Part shown: piece by piece, positions 24,181 to 36,660 of the stretch
How the letters are laid out: each line of letters starts with the position of its first letter
Numbering within the stretch: the first letter of the stretch is position 1
Origin: Macrostomum hystrix
Lineage: Eukaryota; Animalia; Platyhelminthes
DNA: 64,000 nucleotides
Assembly: GCA_950097015.1 (NCBI GenBank)
Contig: CATNEN010000038.1
Coordinates: forward strand, 8,184,001-8,248,000
Direction of reading: 5' to 3'
Made by a program: the position numbers and the translations under genes
The notes under the pieces: model-generated
Database searches by the model: none
Told to the model about the DNA's origin: nothing
What the model saw: only the letters and a program-made list of their open reading frames with translations

Positions 24181-24822
24181 ATGCTGCTCAAGCTGCTCAC
24201 CCTGGCCGCACTGGCCCACGTGTCCCTGGCTTCCACCTGCTGCATGCCCGACACCTTCCAGTTTACCACGTTGAGCGAGACCCGCTTCCAGAACAACACC
24301 ATGCGCGCCCGCGTCATATTTGCCGCCGACCTGCGCCAGGGCAAGGCCAGCATCTTCACCTTCACCGAGCAGGGCTACAACAACATGATCTACGCCAACC
24401 TCCGAACTGGCCGCGCCCACATCAACAACCCGCCCTACGGCTGCTTCGAAATGCCCATCGACAATGGCATCCTGTCCCAGCTGAACCAGTCGCGCTGCCT
24501 TCCCGACCAGATCGTCGGCAACGGCAGCCTGAGCATCCGCCTCGCTGACGGTCTGAACGCTCGCCTCTTCTCCAACCGCATGGGCAACGGCACGGTGAAC
24601 GCCCTCGTCAGCGACACCTGCAAGCCGATCATCGTCAAGGTGAGCAGCGCCGAGTTCGACAGCACCAACATCTTTGGCGACTTCTACTCGGCCCCGCAGG
24701 CGGGCGTCCTTGAGCTGCCGGCTGCTTGCCACAATGCCACCAGCGTTGGCCTGGGAGCTCCGAGCAGGAAGCGCCACGCCGCGGTTGCCCTGGCCTACAA
24801 CCACAGCCCGATGTTCGTTTAA
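24181..24822 (+). CDS. Ependymin-related protein (EPDR family), secreted or lysosomal, intronless, 213 aa
   Basis: Signal peptide MLLKLLTLAALAHVSLA; EPDR cysteine pattern CCxP...C...CLP...CKP...F.DF...LPAAC; several N-glycosylation sequons; AATAAA at 24908. Confidence 0.8.
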   Translation: MLLKLLTLAALAHVSLASTCCMPDTFQFTTLSETRFQNNTMRARVIFAADLRQGKASIFTFTEQGYNNMIYANLRTGRAHINNPPYGCFEMPIDNGILSQLNQSRCLPDQIVGNGSLSIRLADGLNARLFSNRMGNGTVNALVSDTCKPIIVKVSSAEFDSTNIFGDFYSAPQAGVLELPAACHNATSVGLGAPSRKRHAAVALAYNHSPMFV

Positions 24823-25000
24823 GAATCGGAATTCGCTAAAAGACTGCAACTGAATGCCCCTTTAAATCCCAACTTTGGTGATGGAATTCTTGCCCAGCAG
24901 AATACCAATAAAACCGATGAGTTGATATTGACTTCTCGATAGAGATTAATCGTTGTGTTGCCTTGCTTGGGTGAGAGTACGGTTGTGCTGGCGGCTCGCA

Positions 25001-25435
25001 CCTAGGTTCCTGAGCTCGATTTCGTAAGCAAGTAGAGAAGGCTACTACAGAGGGTGCATAAAGTGGTTGCTTTCGGGGGTGGGTGCCTCCGCGTCAAGGT
25101 CGCTCTCTTATTGGCTGGCACCACCCCAGCCTTCTACTTCGCCTTCTTCCCCACCTACCCCGCCTTCTACCCCAGCCTTCTACCCCTGATTCAGGCTGAT
25201 ACTCTGGGATGAGATTCAGGGATATATTTAGGGTGGAGATTCAGGGGGTAGAAGGCTGGGGGAGAAGGCGGAGTAGTACCAGCCAATGAGAGAGCGACCT
25301 TGACGCGGTGACCTTGACAGTAAGAGTGTACACTGCCTGACGATGAGAAATTCAGGGCAAATGTATGGCCCGGAATGGACAGAATTGCCTCAAAATGTTG
25401 TGCCAGTGCCCGCAGCTCTCCTGCAAACATTAATA
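25001..25435 (+). mobile_element. Degenerate SINE family 1 copy interrupted by a MITE
   Basis: CCTGAGCTCGATT head before the insert; GTGTACACTGCCTGACGATGAGAAA body and tail after it. Confidence 0.65.
25089..25308. mobile_element. MITE-like foldback element, 220 bp
   Basis: 36-bp inverted arms CCGCGTCAAGGTCGCTCTCT(T/C)ATTGGCTGG(C/T)AC(C/T)AC with 3 mismatches; no clear TSD. Confidence 0.7.
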
Positions 25436-26259
25436 TTGTTGTGAACATATCTTATGTTGCAGTGAGTCAAATATCGATAGAAATTGACCAAGCAACTAGA
25501 ATTGTGACATCCGATAGCTAATTAAGTGTCGAGCAAGTTTTCAACCCTCGAGGGCAAAGTTGCGAAAATGATAAGCGACAATAATTCATTCTCGAAATTG
25601 TGCCTGCAGACCCAGATCGTGAAGTCGCATTTTAATAAAGCAAGAAATCACAGAGAAGAATGCTCAATTATCTCTGCGGGGGAGATCCTTAGGGGCTGCC
25701 CGGGGAACAATGCAAGGAGACTTTGAGCACATCTGTTTGAGCAGTGTCCCAGTTTGGCTTGACAACACGATCTCGCACGGCCTTCAATCTGATCTCAAGG
25801 CTAGCGACCAGTTTTTTTCTTATCAAATTTTTCAATCCGACGAATTCCCGCGGTTCAACCGAAAGCCTGTTTGATTATTGGATTACTGTGAGTTGAGAAG
25901 GCGAGCTATAGACAGGCTAGCTCTACTAAACTGAGCAGGGTACTCAGGGCTGCTACTTAAAAGCTAAAAATTCTACGCAACCCAGCATAGTGGTGAGAAT
26001 CCCCAGTCCTTAACTAGGCTGGGATAACAACGGAATTCGGTCGATCGTTCGGTACCATTGATTCCTTAGCTTTCACAGAAAAACTAATTCTGGCTACTCA
26101 TCAGACTTTATAGTGACTTCTAATGTAATCTATGCCTCTGCGGCTAATATTCTATGGTTGTAAACAACCTGCTGTTTCTCTTATAGAGCATTATCTATCA
26201 GGCCTCTTGGGATTGAATATTTAGGAATGGAAGAAGTTTAAGGGATGAATTATTTTAGG

Positions 26260-26608
26260 ATAGGAGATTTAGGTATGGGAGACTTAGGTATGGGAGATTT
26301 AGGTATGAGAGATCCAGGGATCGGAGATTTAGAGATGAGGGACTTAGGGATGGGAGACTTACGGATGGGAGACTTAGGGATGGGAGACTTAGGGATGGGA
26401 GACTTAGAGATGGGAGACTTAGGGATGGGAGACTTAGAGATGGGAGACTTAGGGATGGGAGACTTAGGGATGGGAGACTTAGAGATGGGAGACTTAGGGA
26501 TGGGAGACTTAGAGATGGGAGACTTAGGGATGGGAGACTTAGAGATGGGAGACTTAGGGATGGGAGACTTAGGGATGGGAGACTTAGAGATGGGAGACTT
26601 AGGGATGG
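26260..26608. repeat. 15-bp G-rich minisatellite; related arrays at ~28500-28830 and ~29400-29780
   Basis: GGGAGACTTAG(G/A)GAT and ATGGGAGATTTAGGA. Confidence 0.93.
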
Positions 26609-27412
26609 TATATTATTAAATTTCGGAGATTTCGCGTTTCTATCCTCCTTCAAAATAATCTACAACGCCAGGAAATCCGAAGCAATGCAGGAAATGACTT
26701 TTTTGAAAGATGGAAAGTCGAAAGCCAGCTTAGATACAGAACAGAAAGACGGACAGGGAGGCAGACGATGAATTTTTGGTCCGTTTTGGAAGCCCGCCAG
26801 CAGCCGTGGAAACAGCTGTCAAGCGGGCAGGTCGCGCGAGTCTCGCTATCAGTTTCGGCTCCTTGGATGCCGCGCGCACTTTCGCTGAACAGAGCCAATT
26901 TCGGAGGCCAAAGTCAGTCCTTGACTGCTGGGCCAAGAATAGAGGCCGATAGAAATTGAATCCATGAGAAAAGAGGAACTGAAGAAACGAAGAATCTTAA
27001 TAAAGGGATTTAAAGTTTTTCGTGCAGGATTTTCCATTGAAGATCTGCTTCCATTGTACGAAGCTGTTCCGTCGAATGGAGCGCTCATTAATCCGTTTGT
27101 ATAATCCCGATTTCCCCGGATAATTCCGATAATCCGAATTTCGGCAAAAATGAATTACGCACTCGAGCGAACATGCTCCAAGCGGCTGTGAATCACCAAG
27201 ATAAACGACGCTTCAATGACAAAATGACTTCAATTGCCGAGGGACCCTCGCTTTGAAGTTGAAGATTTGTTTGTGGAGAAAATTGAAATTATCACTCCTA
27301 AATAATCTGTCAAACGAATAAGAAATTCGGGATGACAATGAGAAATAGGATTCGTACTCGTAGGATTTGCCTGATTTCTAGGAGGTGGAAGTTGTAAACA
27401 GAAAAGAAGTTA

Positions 27413-27422
27413 ATCTATCTAT

Positions 27423-27490
<68 letters not shown>
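27413..27490. repeat. (TATC)n microsatellite
   Basis: Direct reading. Confidence 0.95.
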
Positions 27491-27814
27491 TTAGATTATT
27501 TGAAAGCGGGAATGGCAACCAACACGGGACTTGGCTGATCAGTTCTGATTACTATGGACAGCTGGATTTCATGGCTGAGTTTGTGAGCTTGAGCTTGTCG
27601 TTGAGTCGCTGACGAGTTGGCAGACTCAATGCTGGCCTGTTCGCCTGAACGAAGGTCTCGCACAATGGGCCGAGAAGAATCTGTCGCTGCTAGTTTTACG
27701 GGCGTCAAATCAATCAAGAAAATAGTCGATTCGACGTGAGCAACGGAGCGAAGGAATTATCTAGAAAAAATGTACTTTACTGACCATAGGTTTGAGATAC
27801 TTCTGATTAGGAAT

Positions 27815-27940
27815 AATATTATTAGCGGGAGGCTAGCGGACTCTGGCACATCATTTGTCGGCAGTCGCAGCCAGCGAGGAGGCAATTCTGCTCACTCGGC
27901 CGAACTCAGAGCACAACCTCAAACAGGTGTGTACATCTGT
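27815..27940 (-). mobile_element. SINE family 1, 3' fragment
   Basis: GGCACATCATTTG...GCAGCCAGCGAGGAGGCAATTCTGC...GTGTGTACATCTG on the + strand. Confidence 0.7.
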
Positions 27941-30707
27941 TTTGACTAGCTTCCAAGCTCCGGCGTATCAAGTCATCAAATATCATGGGATTTAAAAACG
28001 CATAGGTAACTCGGGGCAATTAATTAAGAAATTTGATCCCCAAAATAGCAGCTGGGACATCTGCGGTCACATATTTAGCAATTCGATATGGCATGAACCG
28101 CTCTCTGTCCCTCCATGGGTCCGCTGTGGGACGCAACTGGTCACAAAAGTTGAAGGCAGGATCACTGAAAGATCACTGCCTAGACATTGTGAGTGCGTGT
28201 GGCCGTGCCGGCCGCTCTGAACCCTGACCAGAAGTCCGGTAATCCAGTAAACCGAATACCCCCCAGGTAAGCAATTAAGATTTTGTCTGTGCGTGTTTTT
28301 CAGCATTTTTTTCTGCTAACCTGGCTTAATAGCTGGCAATCCGATTGAAAGCGTGAAAGTATTTGCTGGGATCTGAATGCGAGAAAATAATGATAAGACA
28401 GCTTTCAAAGAAGCGGCTGCAAAGCTGGTATAGCTAGGGATTTATTATTAAATGGGAGTTTCTGTGATTAATATTTGTAAATTAAATACGTCACTATCGA
28501 GGATTGGAGATATGGGATTTGGAAACGGGGGTTGGAAATGGGATTTTAAAAAATGGAGATTTTGAGATAGGAGATTTTAAAAAAAGGAATTTTGTAGGAT
28601 TGGATCGAGGAGATTAAATCGTTAGATAATTGTAAATGGGAGATTTAGAAATGGGAGATTTATAGATAGGATATTGTAAATGGGAGATTAACAGATGGGA
28701 GATTTAAAAATAAGAGATTTAGAGATAAGAGATTTTGTATATGGGAGGTTCGCAAATGGGAGATTTGTAAGTGGGATATTTGAAAATCGGAGTTTTGTAA
28801 ATGGGAGATATAGAGATCCGGGATTTGGATTTTAAAGTTTTGGGAACGAGAGCTTACGGAGGGGATATTTAGAAAGGAATTTATTAAGATTTCTAAATAA
28901 AAGGCATAAAAATCGCAGGCAACACAGAAGATCTGCTTGCATTCTGGAACGCAAATTTATGGGATTCGCATTTTCTCGTGTCTGCACAGGAAGTTTTTTT
29001 TCGTTTTTTTGCTTGCAGAGCGTTCGAAGCCTTCACTTTACGGAAAAGGAAAGATGCCCATATTTTTTATTCAGAGGATCCTGGGATATATTCCTATTCG
29101 AATATATTTTTTTATCCCTTTCTCGAGAACCAAGCTGAGAGAGTGCAGTTGGATGGACAAGTGGCTCCGGGTTTTCCGGAAAAACACACACACAAAGCGG
29201 GTTTGGCAGCCCTTAAATCTGCCGCATTGATTTTCGCTTCAATTTGTTCATCAAGTGAACATTTGTCTGCTAGAGTCAGGCATCGATTGCATCGGTTTTA
29301 GAGGCTGACCAACGCGGGCTGTTTGACCTGCGCTGTGAATCTGCGCTGACTTCGGATACCAAAATGGGAGAAATCGGGCAGCCCGGGATAGGGGATCGTC
29401 AAATTGGGGATGGGAGATTTAGGAATGGGAGATTTAGGAATGGGAGATTTGGGGATGGGAGATTTAGGAATGGGAGATTTGGGGATGGGAGATTTAGGAA
29501 TAGGAGATTTGGGGATGGGAGATTTAGGAATGGGAGATTTGGGGATGGGAGATTTAGGGATTAATGATTTAGCGACGGGAGATTTAGGGACGGGAGATTT
29601 AGAAATGGGAAGTTTAGGGGATGGGAGTTTAAGGATGGGAGACTTAGGGATGGGAGATTTTGGGATTTGAGATTTTGGGATGCGAGATTTCGGGTTGTAA
29701 GATTTTAGGATGTGAGATTTGGGGATGGGAGATTCAGGGATGGGAGATTTAGGGATGGGAGATTTAGGGATGGAAGGTTTGTTGATGGGGGAGTAGAGAA
29801 CAATATTAGGAAATTCAGGAAGTGATGACATATTGGGAGATTTTAGGATTATCAGTTCAAACTTTTGGGGAATTTAATTGAAGCAGGAAAAAAGTAGAAA
29901 AGTCAGGATATCTAAGAGATTAGCAAGACATTTTTCATAAATTTCGCAAGTTAAGCTAAACACCGCAGCTGCCTGCTAGCGAACAAACCCGGAGTATTTT
30001 TCAGTGTTTTTTCTTAGTTCAAGTTAGGCTTGGTTTCTGTAGTCCTGCAGCTGATAGGGAATTTCTGCTGGCGACAGTCGATCCTCATGGCTCATATAGC
30101 CAGCCACGCTAAGCCCCACCCGGCAACAGTTCCTGCTTGTCAGTAAATGGGTCGCTAACGAGCCAGTTAGCACTGTGACAAACGATCCGCCTTTTTTTAA
30201 AAGAATGCCCCAATTTCGCATCTCACTTTAGAGTGGAAAATTTCTGCAGTTCTTGGACTTAGGGGGGATAAATGGGAGTGTTATCCTCGCAAAGTGAGTC
30301 CGAACTAGAGCACAGCTCGATGGGGATAAATATTATCTTTGGCCTAAGTGGGGTTGGGGAAGGAGAAATTGCGCAGCAAAAATTTTGTGTGTCGCCTCGT
30401 CGATCGCCTGATCAGGCAATCAGCGCCTGATTTTCATTTAAGATCCGCATAACTCAGACACAAGTGCAGATCGCTCCAATTTTCTAGTCGGGAGAAATTC
30501 GGGTTTTCTATAGGGATTACGAGAAGGCTGAAGTAGTTGAGACAGCCGAATGGGACGAGACTGCTTGCTGAGCTGATGCAGTCAGCAATGAGACTTATCA
30601 ACAACTCCCAATGTGACTCACTGGTCTCAGCAACTGTGATTGAGATTTTGTCAACCAACTGTACTTAGCACGGAATGTCTATGGCAATCTTGCTGGATAA
30701 TCTTGCT

Positions 30708-30945
30708 GGGCGAGTGGCAGAGCGGTTAACGCGTTTGCCTATCGTACCAAGGTCCCTGAGCTCGATTCCGCGGCGAGGCCACATTAAATTGGGTCGCAGA
30801 CGCGGAGAGAAGACTTGGGGGCTTGTCGTGCAATTTACGCCCTTGAGGGCCAACCTCCAAGGCACAGTGAGTGTACACTGCCTGACGATGAGAAAGTCAG
30901 GGCAGATGTACACACCTGTGTGAGTGTGTGCCTGCGTACGGTATC
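30708..30945 (+). mobile_element. SINE family 1, 5' two-thirds
   Basis: A box TGGCAGAGCGG, B box GCTCGATTCC, and shared body. Confidence 0.85.
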
Positions 30946-32324
30946 ATATAATTATTATTAGCTATCTTAGGTAGTCCCTGCTACAAAGAAGTATTCGAAA
31001 GATAAAATCTTAATTAGATTATATAGTTTTAAAAGTACATTGCCGATTGTTACCAAAAAAGCGATGGTAAAACGCAGTATGGCTAGTGACTAAGCCCACT
31101 CGAATCCAGGTATCCAAGCCTTCGCAACAGACCCTGTTCTGGGGCTGATTGGGGGCGGAGAAAAGCTTACCGGTAGACACGAACGGACAACAGATGTGTC
31201 GGCTGTGGAAGCCAACAGTATAGAGGGGCCTGCGGCAGTCGTGCTGCAGGAATCAGATGCTTATCTCCCAACTGAAAGCCATCAGCCGCCCAGACCACAG
31301 CCAGCCCCAGACAGAAGCCGGGAGGAGCGCAAGAAACACCGGTGCAACACGCAGGGGGGCTGCGTGAATTTCTGGGATAAAATTGCAGCACTAGTTCTCT
31401 CTATACGGCCTTCTGGTCCTTCCCAGTTATATGACCCTGTGGCACAGTTTTTATCAGTGTAAAATATTTTTTCATAAAAATACTGCCTCCTCAATCCGAA
31501 AAGTTCTCAACTTTTACACTCAAACCTTCTCGCTCTTCTCCTAGAGGCGGGCCCGTGTGGACGATCGCAGGTGAGGTGTCCCAGTCCGGGCTAACGAGAC
31601 CCAGGATTAATTAGGAATCTGCAGCGAGATTGGCGCGTGCCCCATCTTCAGGTCAGGGAGTAAAATGCTTACCAATCCGTAGTATATTATTGGCAACAGC
31701 ACTCTAGCAAGCTGTGGAACAAGCAATTTAAACACTTCTCGCCCTATTTTATTTAGTTGTCGAGGAAGGGAGAAAGTCTTCTTTCTGTCTGGCAATTAAA
31801 TTTGAGCACAGCTCAACTGGCACCAACAGGGCCCCCGGGCGGCTAAAAGCCTGTGAAATTGCATTTTCGCCGCCAGGCGACTGGCTAGATGGGGCTGGAA
31901 TGGAACGGAAACTAAAAGTGAGGAGAGAAGAGACGAAAATGGTTAGGTAAGACTCAGGAAGGGGCGGGGACAGCGGGCTCTAGGAGTCGTGTTCAGAAAT
32001 CCCAGATGCCCAAAGATACCTCACTCGCTTGCCTCCGACACCGCCAGAGTGTCAGGTGGGACTGAAATCTTATGACACCCGTGTCCGAATCCCCAAAAAC
32101 TGTCCTCACCTGCACAGTGAGTCAGGCCCGGACTCAGCCGGGATTCTAACAACCTGTCAAATTCGACTCAAAGAACGAAACTCGATACGATAGGGCTGAT
32201 GTGTCCGAGACTGTGATTCACCCTGCATCCACCCAGACAGCACGGGATCGACATAAATAAGTGACAGCCTGTGATATCCCAGAAAACAGATCCTTCTATA
32301 ACATGCTTTAGGATTTCCCTAACC

Positions 32325-32820
32325 GTTCAGTCCTTCAGTGTCTCCCTGTTCAGTCCTTCAGTATCTCCCTGTTCAGTCCTTCAGTATCTCCCTGTTCAGT
32401 CCTTCAGTATCTCCCTGTTCAGTCCTTCAGTATCTCCCTGTTCAGTCCTTCAGTATCTCCCTGTTCAGTCCTTCAGTATCTCCCTGTTCAGTCCTTCAGT
32501 GTCTCCCTGTTCAGTCCTTCAGTATCTCCCTGTTCAGTCCTTCAGTGTCTCCCTGTTCAGTACTTCAGTATCTCCCTGTTCAGTCCTTCAGTATCTCCCT
32601 GTTCAGTCCTTCAGTATCTCCCTGTTCAGTCCTTCAGTGTCTCCCTGTTCAGTACTTCAGTATCTCCCTGTTCAGTCCTTTAGTATCTCCCTGTTCAGTC
32701 CTTCAGTATCTCCCTGTTCAGTCCTTCAGTATCTCCCTGTTCAGTCCTTCAGTGTCTCCCTGTTCAGTCCTTCAGTGTCTCCCTGTTCAGTCCTTCAGTA
32801 TCTCCCTGTTCAGTCCTTCA
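32325..32820. repeat. 23-bp minisatellite (copy 1)
   Basis: CAGTCCTTCAGTATCTCCCTGTT. Confidence 0.97.
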
Positions 32821-33288
32821 GGATCTCAGTTTTCAGTTAGATATATGAGAACTGGGAGATCTTTGAGTAAAAGTTATTTATAACAGAATCTGTGATTCAA
32901 CGGACAGAAGTTCAGTAATGTGGCCTGTTGCAATCTACCATCCGAGTGGACTCAAGAGTTTAAGTCCGCGTGCGTGAGTTCAATGGCGCACTTTAGTGCC
33001 CATCAAAGAGGCTAATTTCTCTTTGATGTGCTCAATATTGATTGCAGCAGCAGCTGCTCCGCTGCTGCCGCCGCTGCCGCTGCTCCGATGTGGGCATCGA
33101 ACGTAGGAGACACAGCTGCATGTTCTGCGCAGTGATTTATACAGTAAAGCAGCAGTTACTGACAGCATGGGGGACTGGGTGGATATTGTGTATAAGCCTG
33201 GTGTACATGTTCAAGCAACTTTATAAATTATTATACGGGCTGGGTGGAAGTGGAAAGCATAAGTTAAATAGGTGATTCCGATATTAAA

Positions 33289-33764
33289 GAGATTAGGGAA
33301 GGGTGGAATCCGAGATTAGGGAAGGGTGGAATCCGAGATTAGGGAAGGGTGGAATCCGAGATTAGGGAAGGGTGGAATCCGAGATTAGGGAAGGGTGGAA
33401 TCCGAGATTAGGGAAGGGTGGAATCCGAGATTAGGGAAGGGTGGAATCAATAGATTAGACAAGGGTGGAATCCGAGATTAGGGAAGGGTGGAATCAATAG
33501 ATTAGGGAAGGGTGGAATCAATAGATTAGGGAAGGGTGGAATCCGAGATTAGGGAAGGGTGGAATCAATAGATTAGGGAAGGGTGGAATCAATAGATTAG
33601 ACAAGGGTGGAATCCGAGATTAGGGAAGGGTGGAATCAATAGATTAGGGAAGGGTGGAATCAATAGATTAGGGAAGGGTGGAATCCGAGATTAGGGAAGG
33701 GTGGAATCAATAGATTAGGGAAGGGTGGAATCCGAGATTAGGGAAGGGTGGAATCCGAGATTAG
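33289..33764. repeat. 23-bp minisatellite
   Basis: GAGATTAGGGAAGGGTGGAATCC. Confidence 0.97.
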
Positions 33765-34104
33765 AGTGTCAATAAAAGCAGGTAGAAAGTTGCAGTTGGC
33801 AATTTACGCATGCACCTAACAGGTCAGGTCGGTCCGAATACAGATAAGCACACCCAATAGGTTGATGGCAGTGAAAGCGAAAGCGCCAGGGGCAGCGTGA
33901 TCGGAAGGATCAAAGCCAAGATGCGGGACTGACTGAAGCTGAGCCATCTGCCACACCATGTCAGAGCTGCTTGTCACTGAAGGCATCAAAGACCGTTAAT
34001 TCGCGTCTTTGTCCACCCACATACGGGCAGGCTCGCTTCTGTACAAGCTGGACACGCCCGAGAAATTCTAAAGCCTTGCTAAAATAAACCCTGACTTCAT
34101 CATT

Positions 34105-34550
34105 CAGTATCTCCCTGTTCAGTCCTTCAGTATCTCCCTGTTCAGTCCTTCAGTATCTCCCTGTTCAGTCCTTCAGTATCTCCCTGTTCAGTCCTTCAGT
34201 ATCTCCCTGTTCAGTCCTTCAGTATCTCCCTGTTCAGTCCTTCAGTATCTCCCTGTTCAGTCCTTCAGTGTCTCCCTGTTCAGTCCTTCAGTATCTCCCT
34301 GTTCAGTCATTCAGTGTCTCCCTGTTCAGTCCTTCAGTGTCTCCCTGTTCAGTCATTCAGTGTCTCCCTGGTCAGTCCTTCAGTATCTCCCTGTTCAGTC
34401 CTTCAGTATCTCCCTGTTCAGTCCATCAGTATCTCCCTGTTCAGTCCTTCAGTATCTCCCTGTTCAGTACTTCAGTATCTCCCTGTTCAGTCCTTCAGTA
34501 TCTCCCTGTTCAGTCCTTCAGTATCTCCCTGTTCAGTCCTTTAGTGTCTC
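34105..34550. repeat. 23-bp minisatellite (copy 2, same unit as 32325)
   Basis: CAGTCCTTCAGTATCTCCCTGTT. Confidence 0.97.
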
Positions 34551-34857
34551 CCTACTCATTAGCAAATAGAGGTCTTACCTTGAGTCCACTCGTTCAGGTC
34601 AGTCAGTGAGTTAATGTGGCAGTCAATCTATTGCGGCAGTCTTCATGCGGGGGTGTGAAAGGTAGCTCGGGATGGCAAGATAACTGTAAGCTTCCCGCAA
34701 TGGCCCACCCCCCACGACCGTGTCCAACCGGGGCCGGACCAATCAGGTGACAGCAACGATGAAGCGATACGGCAGACACACAAGCTACAGTAGCGAGAGT
34801 AAGGCCCGCGTTTGGCTGCCACTAGCCAGTCTCATACGGATATGCAACTACCTGTCT

Positions 34858-35705
34858 GATAAGAGTGACAGAAGGAGTGAAATAAAAGAGTGACAGAAGG
34901 AGTGAAATTATAAGAGTGACAGAAGGAGTAAAATCATAAGAGTGACAGAAGGAGCGAAAGCATAAGAGTGACAGAAGGAGTGAAAGTATAACAGTGACAG
35001 GAGTGAAAGTATAACAGTGACAGGAGTGAAAGTATAAGAGTGACAGAAGGAGTGAAAGTATAAGAGTGACAGAAGGAGTGAAAGTTTAAGAGTGACAGAA
35101 GGAGTGAAAGTTTAAGAGTGACAGAAGCAGTGAAAGTATAACAGTGACAGGAGTGAAAGTATAAGAGTGACAGAAGGAGTGAAAGTATAACAGTGACAGG
35201 AGTGAAAGTATAAGAGTGACAGAAGCAGTGAAAGTTTAAGAGTGACAGAAGGAGTGAAATTACAAGAGTGACAGAAGGAGTGAAAGTTTAAGAGTGACAG
35301 AAGGAGTGAAAGTTTAAGAGTGACAGAAGGAGTGAAAGTTTAAGAGTGACAGAAGGAGTGAAAGTTTAAGAGTGACAGAAGGAGTGAAAGTATAAGGCTG
35401 ACAGAAGGAGTGAAAGTTTAAGAGTGACAGAAGGAGTGAAAGTTTAAGAGTGACAGAAGGAGTGAAAGTTTAGGAGTGACAGAAGGAGTGAAAGTTTAGG
35501 AGTGACAGAAGGAGTGAAAGTTTAAGAGTGACAGAAGGAGTGAAAGTTTAAGAGTGACAGAAGGAGTGAAAGTTTAAGAGTGACAGAAGGAGTGAAAGTT
35601 TAAGAGTGACAGAAGGAGTGAAAGTTTAGGAGTGACAGAAGGAGTGAAAGTTTAAGAGTGACAGAAGGAGTGAAAGTTTAAGAGTGACAGAAGGAGTGAA
35701 ATTAT
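34858..35705. repeat. 26-bp minisatellite
   Basis: TAAGAGTGACAGAAGGAGTGAAAGT(T/A). Confidence 0.97.
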
Positions 35706-36267
35706 AATACTAAGATAATAATAAACTGAACTTTTGTCGTTTGCATTAACTGAAAATTAACATAGGCAAATAGTTTTATATTTGCACTAAACAGAGCAAA
35801 GCCAGGCGTTGAAGAACAATAGGTTTTATATATGAAACCTAAAGAACATAAGCAGTTGAACTAAGAGTTACAAAATCAAAGCAAAATAAGGCTAAACTGT
35901 GCTGGGACAGTGTGCGTCACACTGAATGTCGGCACCAGATCTGCCTTTCCAGGAAATATTCAACTCCATGAAAAACTAAACTTTTTTATCCTAACAAATA
36001 TATTCCATGTAGGGAGCAAAGCAAGAAATCAACAGGATAAACGAATTGGGACTTTGATCCTAAACTTTTTCTCAATACCAATGAATGAATTGAAAAGAAA
36101 ATTTTAGAACACTGGGACAGAAATATCAGAGACAAAACTGATTTCAAATTGAAAGACTGGGATAAAAGAATGGGAAAATATTGGCGCCATTTTGGACTTG
36201 GGAAGAGGGATAGAGATGGCCCGGAATAAGAGAATACAAGTAGTGGGGAATCTGAAAAGCGATAGAT

Positions 36268-36660
36268 GGAATCCAGGAAGGATTGGGGGAATCCCAAGTG
36301 GTATAGGGGAATCCAGGAAGGATTGGGGGAATCCCAAGTGGTATAGGGAATCCAGGAAGGATTGGGGGAATCCCAAGTGGTATAGGGGAATCCAGGAAGG
36401 ATTGGGGGAATCCCAAGTGGTATAGGGGAATCCAGGAAGGATTGGGGGAATCCCAAGTGGTATAGGGGAATCCAGGAAGGAATGGGGAAATCCAAAATAA
36501 AATAGGGGAATCCAGGAAAGAATGTGGGAATCTCAGATGCAATGGGGAATCTCAGATGCTATGAGGAATTCAGGAAGGAATGGGGGAATCCCACATGTGA
36601 TAGGGGAATCCGAGAAGGGGAATCCCAGATGGAATGGGGAAATCCCAAATTGAATAGGGG
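36268..36660. repeat. 40-bp minisatellite decaying to the right
   Basis: ATTGGGGGAATCCCAAGTGGTATAGGGGAATCCAGGAAGG. Confidence 0.9.

Noticed and set aside
26245-26653. Pentapeptide-repeat-like ORFs (MGDLG)n and (SLSLP)n; also 29298-29831
   Set aside because: Translation of 15-bp arrays with no splice or start context
30875-30912. Hammerhead-like core CTGACGA-TGA-GAAA-GTC in the SINE
   Set aside because: The core words are in order, but stem II and stem III are absent and stem I is out of register; the segment folds better as a simple hairpin
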